Positions 14,701 to 25,829 of a DNA stretch of 64,000 nucleotides are shown one piece after another. The DNA is from Octopus bimaculoides. Its lineage: Eukaryota. Location of the stretch: positions 184,879 to 248,878 of the forward strand of contig NC_068987.1 in assembly GCF_001194135.2 (NCBI RefSeq), read 5' to 3'. The translations under genes and the position numbers were made by a program. The notes beneath the pieces are model-generated. The model was not told where the DNA came from. It worked only from the letters and a program-made list of their open reading frames with translations, and searched no databases. Each line of letters begins with the position of its first letter. Within the stretch, counting starts at the first letter, position 1.

Positions 14701-16670
14701 ACCAGTTTATACCATTTTTATCATTCGTTATGTAGTCAAATTTTTAGATTGAATCAAATGAAATCAAATCTCCTGGTCCTGCCCCCACTAATCCTTTGCC
14801 TCTTCACATTGCTTTCACTGAGTCAAAGGGAAGCCACCATTAGCCATTTTTGAAATGAGACATTTACACAACCACAACCGCAGTTCTAACTGGAATTTTG
14901 GTGGCACATCTATTTAAGCATTCAGAACACATACCTATTAGTATGAGTCATCTTGACCTTAACCTCTTATATATATATATATATCTAGAGAGAGAGAGAG
15001 AGACAATGGGCTTCTTTCAGTTTCCACCTACCAAATATAATCACAAGGCTTTCGTCAGCCTGAGACTACAGTAGAAGATACTTGCTCAAGGTGCCATACA
15101 GTAGGACTGAACTTGGAAGCAAGCTTCTTACCGTTCAGCCACGCCTGTGCCTATCTGTAAATAAACCAACACCAGTTGTCACGTAAACACAATCACACAT
15201 ATACACGACAGGCTTCTATACAGTTTCTGTCCAAATCAATTCCCAAGACATTAGTTGGTGCAGGACTATAGTAGAAGACATTTGCTCTGGGTGGTGTGTC
15301 GTGTGACCGAACTCAAAAGACACAGAGTTGTGACATGAACTTCTTAATTCCAAAACTAAACATGACATTAGATAATTGTTTTACATAAAGGAGAGAACAA
15401 AATAATTTTCTCTAATTCTGTTTAATCCTGTGGTGGCTTTAAGCTAATGACAGTCACGTGGTGATGTATATATATATAGAGAGAGATATTTTGCGTATGT
15501 AGACAAAATTCTTGTGTCTGGAGTTACATTGTACGTGTTTTGTTTTTTTTTATTATTATTCTATGTTGTATGTTCAGCTTTATCTTAAAGTAATATTTTC
15601 TTTATATCTAGTTTAATGTTCGAGTTTTTACAATATGTGTATAGTTAATTTTGGAACAACGTCATTAATTCATGAGGAGAGGGCGCAAGTTGATTACATT
15701 GACTGCATTATTTGACTAATACTTTATTTTATCAACTCTGAGAGGGTGAAAGGCAAAGTTGACCTTAGCAGTATTTGAACTCAGACGTTAAGAGACGGAA
15801 AAAAGTCGCGAAGCATTCTGTTCGGCGTGCAAAACGATTCTGTCAACTGATAAGACAATAAAAACACAACATACACATATAATATAACGATAAAGAAAAC
15901 ACAATTTCTAATAAAACAAACAGAAAATATAAATTCTATCCCAGACAAACTATGACTCAACAATACTTATGATTACGGTCAACATTTCAAAATATTTGTT
16001 TTAGGAATAAATATTTTGTGGGTCATATCTTTTGTTTTTGAAACATTTACGATGGTTAAACGTGTAGCTAGAACAACAGTAACAATTACAAAACACAACT
16101 CCCAGCTAACGAGGGAGCTCCTATGCGATCGTTCACCCTGTTAGAAATAGCAACTACATTTCTTTTAAATCGCATGCAACTATTAAAAGAACGGAAAGAA
16201 CACATTGAACAGAATAATCCGAGGAGAAATGGAATGGTTAAACTCCAACAACAATTACTGCTACTACTTACAAGTTTCTCGGGACAGTTAACACCGGCGC
16301 ATATTTTCGGGATGGCCACATGTTCCGAGTCTGTTTGGTCGTACTGTGTCCGTCGAAGGTCAGCAGGGAAGTTAGTAGACATCAAATTGCTTGCAGCGGA
16401 TGTAGGTCGACATCCGAGTTTCATGGTAGTGTCCACCTCTCGTAGATTAGCAATTAATGACGACGCCGATGAACTGGAATTGAGCGAAGTAGCAGAGGTA
16501 CAGGAACCAGACATCGCAGAAGATGGACTCGAAGCCGTGGTCGACCGTCCTGGCAACTCAATAATATCGTATTCAGGCAGCACACTTGCCACCAATTGGG
16601 CCTGCAGTTTCATTTCATTTTGTTCATTTCTCTCGGAATTTTTCATGTCGTGGTCTTCACTATTATCCAT
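1085..16670 (-). CDS. BABAM1: BRISC and BRCA1-A complex member 1 (MERIT40/NBA1), whole spliced CDS: join 16670-16272, 13721-13663, 12366-12246, 11244-11138, 8678-8564, 4939-4853, 1261-1085; 1065 nt, 354 aa
   Basis: All introns are GT-AG with consistent phases. The spliced protein has the MERIT40 hallmarks VNCPEK-LVLCLDLSSEM, FTNDPREI, ELP..PPPYIVRIILIFGR, PFLFVDVFYVH and SLDVKGQSYIFEV..MAQLLAHPLQRPLQ. Confidence 0.95.
1585..4110 (+). mobile_element. Decayed 5'-truncated RTE-clade LINE (RT, Cys-rich region, 3' tail with (GAT)n)
   Basis: ORF fragments [71 protein letters not shown]; many stops and frameshifts. Confidence 0.92.
4853..4939 (-). CDS. BABAM1: BABAM1 exon 6 (VQKLLLLSPFLFVDVFYVHEPPSEDNCCE)
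   Basis: cttttatcag acceptor, gtaagt donor, 87 nt, phase 0-0. Confidence 0.9.
5094..5451. repeat. About 360-bp imperfect foldback (palindromic) element in BABAM1 intron 5
   Basis: The left arm (gagacaagttaaaaagaatggtc...gcaaatttggcttacagctgtttccagta...) is the reverse complement of the right arm along almost the whole length. Confidence 0.9.
5450..5496. repeat. (TG)n microsatellite; representative of many TA, CA, GA, GAT and TCTG tracts (e.g. 14-140, 28009-28049, 56010-56086, 62128-62452)
   Basis: Direct reading. Confidence 0.95.
6875..7450 (+). mobile_element. RTE 3' fragment plus SINE-like tail
   Basis: gaaacatgagctgtgattgctgaggat, ggaagaggtagacccaggaagacatgg and catgccagcatggaaagtggatg match the 1585-4110 element. 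Confidence 0.8.
8564..8678 (-). CDS. BABAM1: BABAM1 exon 5 (LRNCELPIMEDPTLPPPYIVRIILIFGRSQSKLDICEE)
   Basis: ccatttcag acceptor, gtaagg donor, 115 nt; PPPYIVR motif. Confidence 0.93.
9040..10110 (-). mobile_element. Decayed Tc1/mariner transposase, maT (DD37D)-like
   Basis: WFFSDEKNF, VVFGVITSDG, WQQDSAPCH, WPPNSPDCNPLDYCVWG; frameshifted. Confidence 0.88.
11138..11244 (-). CDS. BABAM1: BABAM1 exon 4 (YHSFTNDPREIANLLENLDETYKCSNLDVGSVLKTI)
   Basis: ctattttag acceptor, gtaagt donor, 107 nt. Confidence 0.92.
11493..11608. repeat. 33-bp minisatellite, about 3.5 copies (cctgtctagactggacagccataggaaacatat)
   Basis: Near-identical head-to-tail units at 11493, 11526, 11559 and a partial unit at 11592. 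Confidence 0.95.
12246..12366 (-). CDS. BABAM1: BABAM1 exon 3 (DRFSTLQLVKRTIGLFVQSKHRLDNHHRFAFVTLHDTATW)
   Basis: aatatttcag acceptor, gtaggt donor, 121 nt; phase matches both neighbours. Confidence 0.92.
13663..13721 (-). CDS. BABAM1: BABAM1 exon 2 (VLCLDLSSEMERMKFLSRAG)
   Basis: ctcttacacag acceptor, gtaagt donor, 59 nt. Confidence 0.92.
13900..14360 (-). mobile_element. RTE LINE fragment
   Basis: Reverse complement of the RLYDAC/HGSETW/LEVVDSF region seen in the 1585-4110 element. Confidence 0.8.
16272..16670 (-). CDS. BABAM1: BABAM1 coding exon 1 (Ser-rich N-terminus ending in VNCPEKL)
   Basis: ATG in aaaATGG context; exon ends CTT|gtaagt; 399 nt, phase 0. Confidence 0.9.
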
Positions 16671-17529
16671 TTTGAAAGCTCAGACATTCCAGACTTGACG
16701 TAAATGTCGTGGTGGTCACACTTGCCACTTCTAATATTTGACAAAAGAAATTTCTTCACCGAAATTTTACAAGAGCAAAGGGGAGACAATCAGTGTTTGA
16801 CGAAGAAAAATAATTAAGAAAAGCAAAAAAAAAAAAAAAATTTAGATTTTTTAATAAATAGTTTTAAAGAAATAAATTGAATTTAATGGAGAACAACTTC
16901 ATCTGAAATGAGTTAATGTTTACAATATACACCGGCATGAAAAATCGCCCCCCCCCTCCTTTTTTCCCCTGAAATTTTTTCAGCGAATTCCTGTTTTCGA
17001 TGACGGAGATTCTGAACAGGCCGAAAACCATTTTTACAAAATTTTAAATCCCACCTCCCTACCCTATATTTTTTAAATTTTAACTTTTGTTTTTAATTGT
17101 TTTTTTTTCAATCGACGTGGGAAAATATGGAGATTANNNNNNNNNNNNNNNNNNNNNNNNNNNNNNNNNNNNNNNNNNNNNNNNNNNNNNNNNNNNNNNN
17201 NNNNNNNNNNNNNNNNNNNNNNNNNNNNNNNNNNNNNNNNNNNNNNNNNNNNNNNNNNNNNNNNNNNNNNNNNNNNNNNNNNNNNNNNNNNNNNNNNNNN
17301 NNNNNNNNNNNNNNNNNNNNNNNNNNNNNNNNNNNNNNNNNNNNNNNNNNNNNNNNNNNNATCTGCTCACCTTTCTGCAAAAGTTTCTTTCAGAGTAATT
17401 TCCCGCAGCAATATGACAAAATGAAATGAAAAAGTTAATTTTTTATTTAAAGAAATTCTGGAAATTTTTCTTCGCCGTAAATCCATTCATTTCTCGATAA
17501 ATAGATTCGTCGACGCGAGACCATTTCAT

Positions 17530-18295
17530 ATGCATCAGATGTGGTGTGCAAGAGATACGACTTCACTACTATGGTCATGTGCTGCTTATGGATGAGGAGA
17601 GCTGTGTGAAGGAGTGCCACTCCCTAACAGTGGAAGAAACCCGTGGAAGAGGTAGACCCAGGAAGACATGGGATGAGGTGGTGAAGCATGACCTTCGAAC
17701 GTTGGGCCTCACAGAAGCAATGACAAAAGACCGAGACCTCTGGAGATATGCTGTGATTGAGAAGGCCCGGCAATTAAAGTGAGATCACCATACCAGTGTC
17801 ACATAACCAGTCCATTTAAAAAGTACCTTTGAATCGTTGGGCAACTTTCCATGCTTGAGGAGACCCATTGAGTCAAGTAAAATCAAAATCACAATCACAA
17901 TCAGAATCTCAATCAAATCGAAATCAAAATGGAAACTGAAGTTGTGGCAGATGCCAGTGCCGCCTGACTGGCTCCCTGTTCCAGTGGCACGCAAAACGTA
18001 CCATCCGAACATGGTTGATGCCAGCCCCTTGCCCCGAGTGGCTCCAGTGCCAGTAGCATGTAAAAAGCACCATCCGAACATGGCCGATGCCAGTATCACC
18101 TGACTGGCTCCCATGCCGGTGGCACGTAAAAGCACCCACTACACTCTCGGAGTGGTTGACGTTAGGAAGGGCATCCAGCAGTAGAAACCTTGTCAGACCA
18201 GATTGGAGCCTGGTGCAACCTCCTGGCTTGCCAGTCCTCAGTCAAACCGTCCAACCCATGCCAGCATGGAAAACGGATGTTAAACAATGATGATA
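17530..18295 (+). mobile_element. RTE 3' end with 3' UTR/SINE-like tail
   Basis: ORF RLHYYGHVLLMDEESCVKECH..GRGRPRKTWDEVVKHDL; tail ccaacccatgccagcatggaaaacggatgttaaacaatgatgat. Confidence 0.88.
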
Positions 18296-18879
18296 ATCTG
18301 CTATGTGTCATCCATATATATTTAATATGCTATACGTATCTGTATAAACCCTATTCCACTATTGATTATTCTACAACATATATTCCACTGTTACCTTTTG
18401 TAATCAACTCACAGACAGGTAGCATGTCTTCAACTCACACCTGTTTACTTTTTACATGGTATGAATTTCTTGATTTAAGGAGAACAAAAAAAAATCCCCA
18501 AATATTTTGAAATTGCTTGAAAATTCAGAAGGCCAAGGCGTGTAGGGGGGGGGGCTCCTCATTTCTCTACCAAAAGTATTGTTCATTGGGAACTTTTGCC
18601 ATGAAAGTTAGTCATGTTTATGATATACATTTGTAGCTTTTGCAAGGGATATGTCAATTATGTTGTAGATATGCAACTTTTGCATCAACTAAACCAGCGA
18701 TCCCTTGAAAACTTCTTTGAAAGTGTATATAACCTGTTTGTAAGATCATGGACCCAGGTTTAAAGAAGCATATATTTTAGTAGTTTTTTATACTTACACT
18801 CGTACATTTATGAAATGAGGAAGAGTATTTATTATAGAAAATAACAATGTCAAGAAACAAGTAAATCATTGACTACTAC

Positions 18880-19248
18880 AGCTTGCTTACCAACCACATA
18901 GTTCTGGGTTCAGTCCCACTGCGTGGCACCTTGGGCAAGTGTCTTCTACTATAGTCTCAGGCCAACCAAAGCCTTGTGAGTAGATTTGGTAGGCGGAAAC
19001 TGAAAGAAGCCCGTCGTATATATATATGTATATATATGTGTATGTGTGTTTGTCCCCACAACATCGCTTGACAACCGATGCTGGTGTGTTTAGGTCCCCG
19101 TAAATTAGCGGTTCGGCAAAAATGACCGATAGAATAAGTACTAGGCTTACAAAGAATAAGTCCTGGGGTCGATTTGCTCGACTATAGGCGGTGCTCCAGC
19201 ATGGCCGCAGTCAAATGATTGAAACAAGTAAAAGAGTAAAAAGAGTAA
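18880..19248 (+). mobile_element. Near-complete tRNA-related SINE (family A)
   Basis: ggttcagtcccactgcgtggcaccttgggcaagtgtcttc head and aaacaagtaaaagagtaaaagag tail; partial copies near 15000, 22140, 37730, 42450 and 51400. Confidence 0.85.
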
Positions 19249-19448
19249 ACCTATGATATTTGGGAAGTGACAAATGAAATTTTATTTTCCTGTTATTTTG
19301 GCATTTTTATTTGATTCCCATGCTTTCATTAGCAATCTTCATCATGCTTCCAATTGGAAAAACCGAATATTCACACATACAAACCAAAATGTAATTATCA
19401 CAACGTTTAGTAAAACTCCAGTCATTAATGGTAATTCAGGTATTTCTA

Positions 19449-19658
19449 TTAGGTTGGTGCATAATTACTGCGATTTTTTTCAATAAATTTTATGCAACAA
19501 AAAATTTAAACAAAACGCCAAGTAGAAATTGAAATAGATGGTGAACATGCTCCGAAATAATCATTTAAAGATGTTTTTGGTTATAAAGGTTATTATTGTT
19601 TTTGCTGAATAAAATTTATTGAAAAAAAAAAAGCCGCAATAATTATGCACCAACCTAA
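19449..19658. mobile_element. 210-bp mariner-type MITE (MADE1/Hsmar1-like TIR) with TA target-site duplication
   Basis: TA|ttaggttggtgcataatta ... taattatgcaccaacctaa|TA. Confidence 0.9.
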
Positions 19659-20246
19659 TAATAGCAAGGATTTCAGAAACATAGGAATAAAGAGTAACCT
19701 CCCCTTATTTTCACAATACTTGTAATTGAATGTATATTACACGCACATACATACACATATGTATTATGCACATACATATGATAAAATGTTAAGTTTCTGT
19801 GCGCGCAATGATTAGGTCTCGAGTTTATGACGATCGAATAAACAGCAATTCTGTTAAAAAAAAATGTATTTCTTTATTATTAACAAAATATGGAATGTCT
19901 CTACTACGAACGACAGAACAGGTAACTCACACAACAATAAGGAGGTGAGTTGCTGTGTCTCTGACACAGCAACAATAGAATCCACTGGAACAGTTTAATT
20001 GATTCTAGAAGTTAAGAGATTTAGTTGTGCCGCTACTCCCGTCGTTCATTCTCCTCTTCACTGCCACAGACACTGATCTTTGCTTCTCCATTCTGTCTGT
20101 AAGCTTCTGGCTAATATACGACAGTTGTTCTTGTCAGAACAAAAATTCACCAAAGGTGAATTTTTTTTCTTCTACCAGTAAATTGAATGGGTCGTTAATT
20201 ATTGGCGACGGAAGCAGTATTAGTACCGAAAGGTAATCTGTATATC

Positions 20247-20362
20247 CAGGGTCAGCCCTAGGGTTGCTGGTACCCCGCTGACGGTCGTGGAAATTTCTTT
20301 GTTACGCCCTCCTTGGCGCCTCTGGTAATTGCCCGAGCTGCCGGTACTTTGAACCGGCCCTG
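20247..20362. mobile_element. 116-bp hAT-like MITE
   Basis: Ends cagggtcag / ccggccctg; flanks tgtatatc and tttatgtc match 6/8, consistent with a degenerate 8-bp TSD. Confidence 0.55.
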
Positions 20363-20909
20363 TTTATGTCCAACATAATGCGAATGCCTTGTTAGAAAAC
20401 ACCGAATATTGCGTTATTAGCCATGAGGGAACTTCTCAGATAGGTTCACCAAGCGCCTATAAGAGAGGATCTCTCAAGTCTAATAACGCAGTATTCCATG
20501 TTCTAACAAGGCATCCACATTAAGTTGGATAAACGGGTTGCTTTTTCAGTGGCTGATGTTTTTATGACAGCAGCAATATTTGAGTGGTTTGTATTGCTTA
20601 CTGGTTTCGATTCCCTGTTACACAAACAGTTTTCGTCAACTGACATAATATAACAGGTACGTATGTACTATGATTGTTGAGTGTGGTTTACCTCTAAATC
20701 TCTGGCTTGAACCGCAATTGAAAAATGTGATGTTGAGACTACCCATCAAAGGCGACTAGAAGTGGTTTCTCCTTGAGCGGGTAGGTATAGACATATATTT
20801 GAATATAAAGAGATTGAAGATTCTTAGAATCTTTGGATATATGTTTATAGATGTCTTGTTCAAAATGCTCAGAGATAAAAAAAAGTTATTAAAATTACGT
20901 CAGATTATT

Positions 20910-22138
20910 TGTACCTGGTCACAGGAGTAGTTGTATGGAGTACGAGAAGATGGCTCAGAAGGTGGGAAGCGTCATGAAGTTGTCGCTCGCCAAAGGAATT
21001 ATGGGAAGGATGGAGAAGAAAACGATTACCTATAAGGTGTACTCGTTGAAAGGAAAAAAGGCAGAAGTGGAAAAGACGCTGAGGGAACGTACATAACCAA
21101 AGGAAGAAGATATGGGACAATGGTCGTCCAATTTAGGACAGTAGAGGAGGCTGGCGAGTGTGGCGGTGAAAACAGAGGAGGTAGTGCTTCTGCCCACATA
21201 CCTTGGAAGAAAGACTTCCAAGGTGAGGGTAGAAGTAATTCCACTGGATATAGNNNNNNNNNNNNNNNNNNNNNNNNNNNNNNNNNNNNNNNNNNNNNNN
21301 NNNNNNNNNNNNNNNNNNNNNNNNNNNNNNNNNNNNNNNNNNNNNNNNNNNNNNNNNNNNNNNNNNNNNNNNNNNNNNNNNNNNNNNNNNNNNNNNNNNN
21401 NNNNNNNNNNNNNNNNNNNNNNNNNNNNNNNNNNNNNNNNNNNNNNNNNNNNNNNNNNNNNNNNNNNNNNNNNNNNNNNNNNNNNNNNNNNNNNNNNNNN
21501 NNNNNNNNNNNNNNNNNNNNNNNNNNNNNNNNNNNNNNNNNNNNNNNNNNNNNNNNNNNNNNNNNNNNNNNNNNNNNNNNNNNNNNNNNNNNNNNNNNNN
21601 NNNNNNNNNNNNNNNNNNNNNNNNNNNNNNNNNNNNNNNNNNNNNNNNNNNNNNNNNNNNNNNNNNNNNNNNNNNNNNNNNNNNNNNNNNNNNNNNNNNN
21701 NNNNNNNNNNNNNNNNNNNNNNNNNNNNNNNNNNNNNNNNNNNNNNNNNNNNNNNNNNNNNNNNNNNNNNNNNNNNNNNNNNNNNNNNNNNNNNNNNNNN
21801 NNNNNNNNNNNNNNNNNNNNNNNNNNNNNNNAATTTAGAAGACCCTCCCTCCCGGTGAAAAAGGTTACGAATGCATGGCGGAGAGAATGGTGTCACTAAA
21901 TGATGGAGAAAGGGGAAAAAGGATTGGACTGAAGGAGAAAAAGCAGTTCGGACCCAGAGGTGGCGAGTGGTGTTACTCAGTGTGGGGTGAGTAGCACACT
22001 CTTCGTAATATCATTTTCAGATATCATATTTTAATTTGTTATTCGTTATATCATATTTTATTTTTATATTTTTAATTGTTATATGTCCCCACATGTGTTG
22101 TAGTGTCCCTTTCTGGCAATTCTAAAAGAAATAAAGAA
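20910..22138 (+). mobile_element. Decayed ORF1-like (RRM/gag-type) retroelement copy, interrupted by an N-gap
   Basis: YITKGRRYGTMVVQFRTVEEA aligns with YITRGRRYATVEVQFTTEEEA of the 32930-34194 element; similar gtgtccc...aataaa 3' end. Confidence 0.65.
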
Positions 22139-23136
22139 GCTTGCCTCCCAACCACATGGTTCAGTCTCACTGCCTTCTGCTGTAGCCTCAGACTGATCAA
22201 AGCCCTGAGTGAATTTGGTAGATAGAAACTGAAAGAACCCCGTCATATACACGCCTTTTGTGTTGCTCCCACACCACTGCTTGACAACTTGATACGTCTG
22301 GTCCTATAACTTAGGGCACCGGCAAAAGGGATCGACGAAATAAGTACCAATCTTAAAGAAAAAACGTCCTGGGGTCAATTCATTCGACTGAAATTCTTCA
22401 AGGCAGACCCAGTGCTTATCGTCACTGTCTACAATTTTGTTCCAAATGCATTCAAAGTTGGTAACGGATTAACTTTTCTACACTAATTATGAAAATGAAA
22501 TTCAGTTTCCCTATAAATTCATAACTAAAAGCTTATTAGCCTTTAAAATTTGCAAAATTTTGGTATTTTAGCCAATCAGAAGCGAGTATTTTACACATCA
22601 ACGAGAAGTTCTGTTAGCTGATAGCGAAGAACGGTCTCCATAGTAACCAAAGATGCTGTGCATGCCCACAAAATGTAAAATCTCCAAATTGAGTGTCTGG
22701 GCATGTTTGAAGTGTGGAAACAAACGCCGTTCCATGGTTGACTCTAATCTTTGAATTTATGTGGAGATGATATGAGAAAGATAATTGAATTTATTAACTC
22801 CTAGAGTGTATGACAAACTTTCGTTCTTGAATTTTTTAAACTAATAAAAGCCTACTTTAAGCAAAGTTTTTACTTATTTTTAGCAACTCCTGTTGGTTTG
22901 CTCGTAGCTTTTACATATTTAATTTGCTCGCCAATGTTTTAAATGTTTTCCCCCGTTTACAGTAGCGAGTTTAATGTTATTGCATACAGGTACCCCCTCC
23001 TCCTCGTTACTGTGACGAACGCGCGGTTTGATGATTGACTGAAAATGATTAAACCTGTAGCATTTACGCAAAATTTTTCAGAAATTAATGAATGACAAAT
23101 TCGCGTACTACTAAAGCAGCGCGGTCCCGAACGCGC

Positions 23137-23375
23137 AGTCGTGAGTGGTCGATCCTAACCCTAACCCTAAACACGTATTCATTTGCACACGCGGGTTAGG
23201 GATAGGGTTAGGGATAGGGTTAGGGTTAGGGACAGGGTGAGGGGACAGGGTTGGGGTTAGGGACAGGGTTAGGGATAGGGGACAGGGTTGGGGTTAGGGA
23301 CAGGGTTAGGGTTAGGGACAGGGTTAGGGACAGGGTTAGGGATAGGGTTAGGGTTAGGATCGACCACTCACGACT
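23137..23375. repeat. Foldback element: perfect 32-bp inverted repeats enclosing a degenerate telomeric (TTAGGG/ACAGGG/ATAGGG) array
   Basis: 23137-23168 agtcgtgagtggtcgatcctaaccctaaccct is the exact reverse complement of 23344-23375. Confidence 0.92.
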
Positions 23376-24411
23376 AGCTAGCGCGGACGCGCNNNNNNNN
23401 NNNNNNNNNNNNNNNNNNNNNNNNNNNNNNNNNNNNNNNNNNNNTCTCATAAGTGTCAGAAAAACGGATATTTTTAAATAAAATTTTCTGCAAAAATCTT
23501 TCAGATTCGTTAGTTTACGAAAAGAGAGAGAAAAAATGGCGGATGGTCACTGTGACACACTTATGTTGCAAAATGAAATTTGAAGTTATGTAAGAATTAG
23601 TACCCGCCGAGCACTTTTTTTTTTTTTTGCATTAAAGTTCAGTATAATTGCAATTTTCACCATTTAAAAATATCCATTTTTATGAAAATTACGAGGAAAC
23701 AAATTCGAATGAGGTGGACGACACACGTTTATAGTTACTTCGGGTGTTTTATATACGTTGTATGTTTCGATCAATTTGATATCTTGGTCAAACATCAGAA
23801 GTGTAAATAAATGATATAACACACTTCTCTCAGATTTATATTCAAAGAAATCTTCCGAAAACCAAATTGCATTATATTCATCCCAATTTTTGTAAATATT
23901 GTTTTATAGGTCACCATCTGACATAAAAACTAATTTTCGACGGTATTCGAGAAATTCCTGTAAATAACTGCCAAATCATGCACGAGAATAAAGAAAAGGA
24001 CTCAGGCCTTAAATAAAGATTGTTTAGAGGTATTAAGATGGTAAAGTACGGTGAAGAAGAAGAATAACAAAAAGCATTCAATTCTATGATTCTGTTTATT
24101 TAATGCACGTTTGTAGCGGAAAATATATATGGCCATCACCAAATGCATCAATATATATATATATTTAAAAATATAGCATATTTAATGAATCGAACAAAGC
24201 TTATAATCATTTTAACAATTACATATAAAAAAAATAAATGGAAAATATATTTATCTTTTTAGCAATTTAAGTTTTCAGTAAAATATGTAAAAATTTACGT
24301 TTACGCCTTCTTAATGTTGCATGCTTGTGTGTGAAAGGGAAAAGCATAGAATTTGTCAAGATGAAAAAGTACTTTACTCTCTTTTAAGGAGCCTGTTCTA
24401 TGTATAATAAA

Positions 24412-25182
24412 CTACATTTGATTAGCTGGAGGCTCAAACTTGAGTTTTTTAGTTAACGTCGACATAATGCAAGGCATTTGTTTGCATTCTTTGAAATCAG
24501 GCGCCTTATCGCTTTCAAATTTCTTCGCAGCAACATGCTTAGAAACAGCTGTTAAAAGTATCATCATTTCGTATGTGGTGCCATATTTTATCAGAATTTT
24601 ACTTAGGATGTTAAAAAACCACGACCCTTCATCTTCATTTTTAAAAGACGAATAATCAGGACACGATGAAAAGTAAAGCAGCGTATCTTCCTCAAGTCGA
24701 TATTTTGAAACTAGTTCCTCGTTTGCATTAACTTTCTGCTGGTCATCAACATTTATATCAATCTTACTTCCTCGCGATGCTTCCACAAAAATCAATTTAG
24801 GTACTCCGATTAAAGATGAACATCTATCGGCCTTCAGATAAGAAAGCAAATCGTGAACCTCTGCCACATCCGCACATTCAGGCTTCGTTTCATCACTTTT
24901 CATAATTACACACAAAATGCAATCAATATCTTTGATATTAAACTCTTTAGAGACCTCACACATTTCTTCGAATGTGTGTACTTTGATATCTGTTTCATTA
25001 AATCCAAGTACTCCTAAGGCATTTCGAATGTTTTCTACTTCTTTTTGGAACGGTCCATCCTTGAAAATGTAGGCTACTCTTCTCTTTTTTTGTGTCATAA
25101 CATAATTATCGAAATATTTCTTTATATCTTCCGCGGTTAATTTGTTTATAGGCATTTTCGAAGAGCCAGTCTTGAAAGACAT
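24412..25182 (-). CDS. Caspase-3/7-like pseudo-protease 1 (intronless, no prodomain, catalytic His and Cys absent), 256 aa
   Basis: DCILCVIMKS (canonical VLLSHG), DRCSSLIGVPKLIFVEASRG (canonical QACRG), GSWFF, KQMPCIMSTLTKKL. Uninterrupted ORF. Confidence 0.88.
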   Translation of the reverse strand: MSFKTGSSKMPINKLTAEDIKKYFDNYVMTQKKRRVAYIFKDGPFQKEVENIRNALGVLGFNETDIKVHTFEEMCEVSKEFNIKDIDCILCVIMKSDETKPECADVAEVHDLLSYLKADRCSSLIGVPKLIFVEASRGSKIDINVDDQQKVNANEELVSKYRLEEDTLLYFSSCPDYSSFKNEDEGSWFFNILSKILIKYGTTYEMMILLTAVSKHVAAKKFESDKAPDFKECKQMPCIMSTLTKKLKFEPPANQM

Positions 25183-25428
25183 ATTGACTTTATCACATAA
25201 GCCAAACTGTACTTCCTGGTAATCAGCAGTTTCTCTCAGCTCACGTCATTTACACAAAGGCAAATTTCAATAAATCCATTTCCTTCGTTTTGAAAGATAT
25301 GTATCGAATATTTCATGTATTTCCAAAGTTCAAAATCAGTTTAAGACTCAGATGTGTGAGTAGTAATCATTTTAGGATTTTGGTCCCTTTTTGTGAATTA
25401 CCAGCAAACAATCGGAGATAGGGCACAC

Positions 25429-25829
25429 ATGGCGGAGACCTAACCCGCCCCTTCTACTTTATTTTCTAATTTAAAAAAAAAATTTTTTAACGGAAACACG
25501 TTTTCGGGTTTGATTTCGATTCTGAAAAAAAAATTGGCAAAAATCGCAACTTCACCCACCACCCATTTCTTCATTTTTCAGAATTTTTGGGGGGTGGGGT
25601 TGAATTACGTAGAAAATACGGAGATTATATAATTCTGAACAAAAATTGTTTGTAAAATTTCAATTTAAAAAAAAAAAAAACATCTCTCCCTTCCCGATTC
25701 TACAACCTTCAAGCAAGCTATCCACATGCTAGAAATAACAGCCAAATCTCACACAAACTCTGTTTCCCTTTAACTTCCAGAAATTTCGATATACACAGCG
25801 ATAGAGGGGTCGGGTTATGTCTCCGTAAT
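25429..25829. mobile_element. About 400-bp MITE-like element with about 24-bp imperfect TIRs, between the two caspase-like genes
   Basis: atggcggagacctaacccgcccct versus aggggtcgggttatgtctccgtaat. Confidence 0.6.

Noticed and set aside
16123-16698. 191-aa plus-strand ORF antisense to BABAM1 exon 1
   Set aside because: No recognisable domain. The minus frame has the conserved VNCPEK, a good start and a donor, so this is most simply a shadow ORF.
23190-23360. True chromosome end or telomere fusion site
   Set aside because: The array is short, degenerate and framed by unique inverted arms, with ordinary genes on both sides. The adjacent gap is small.
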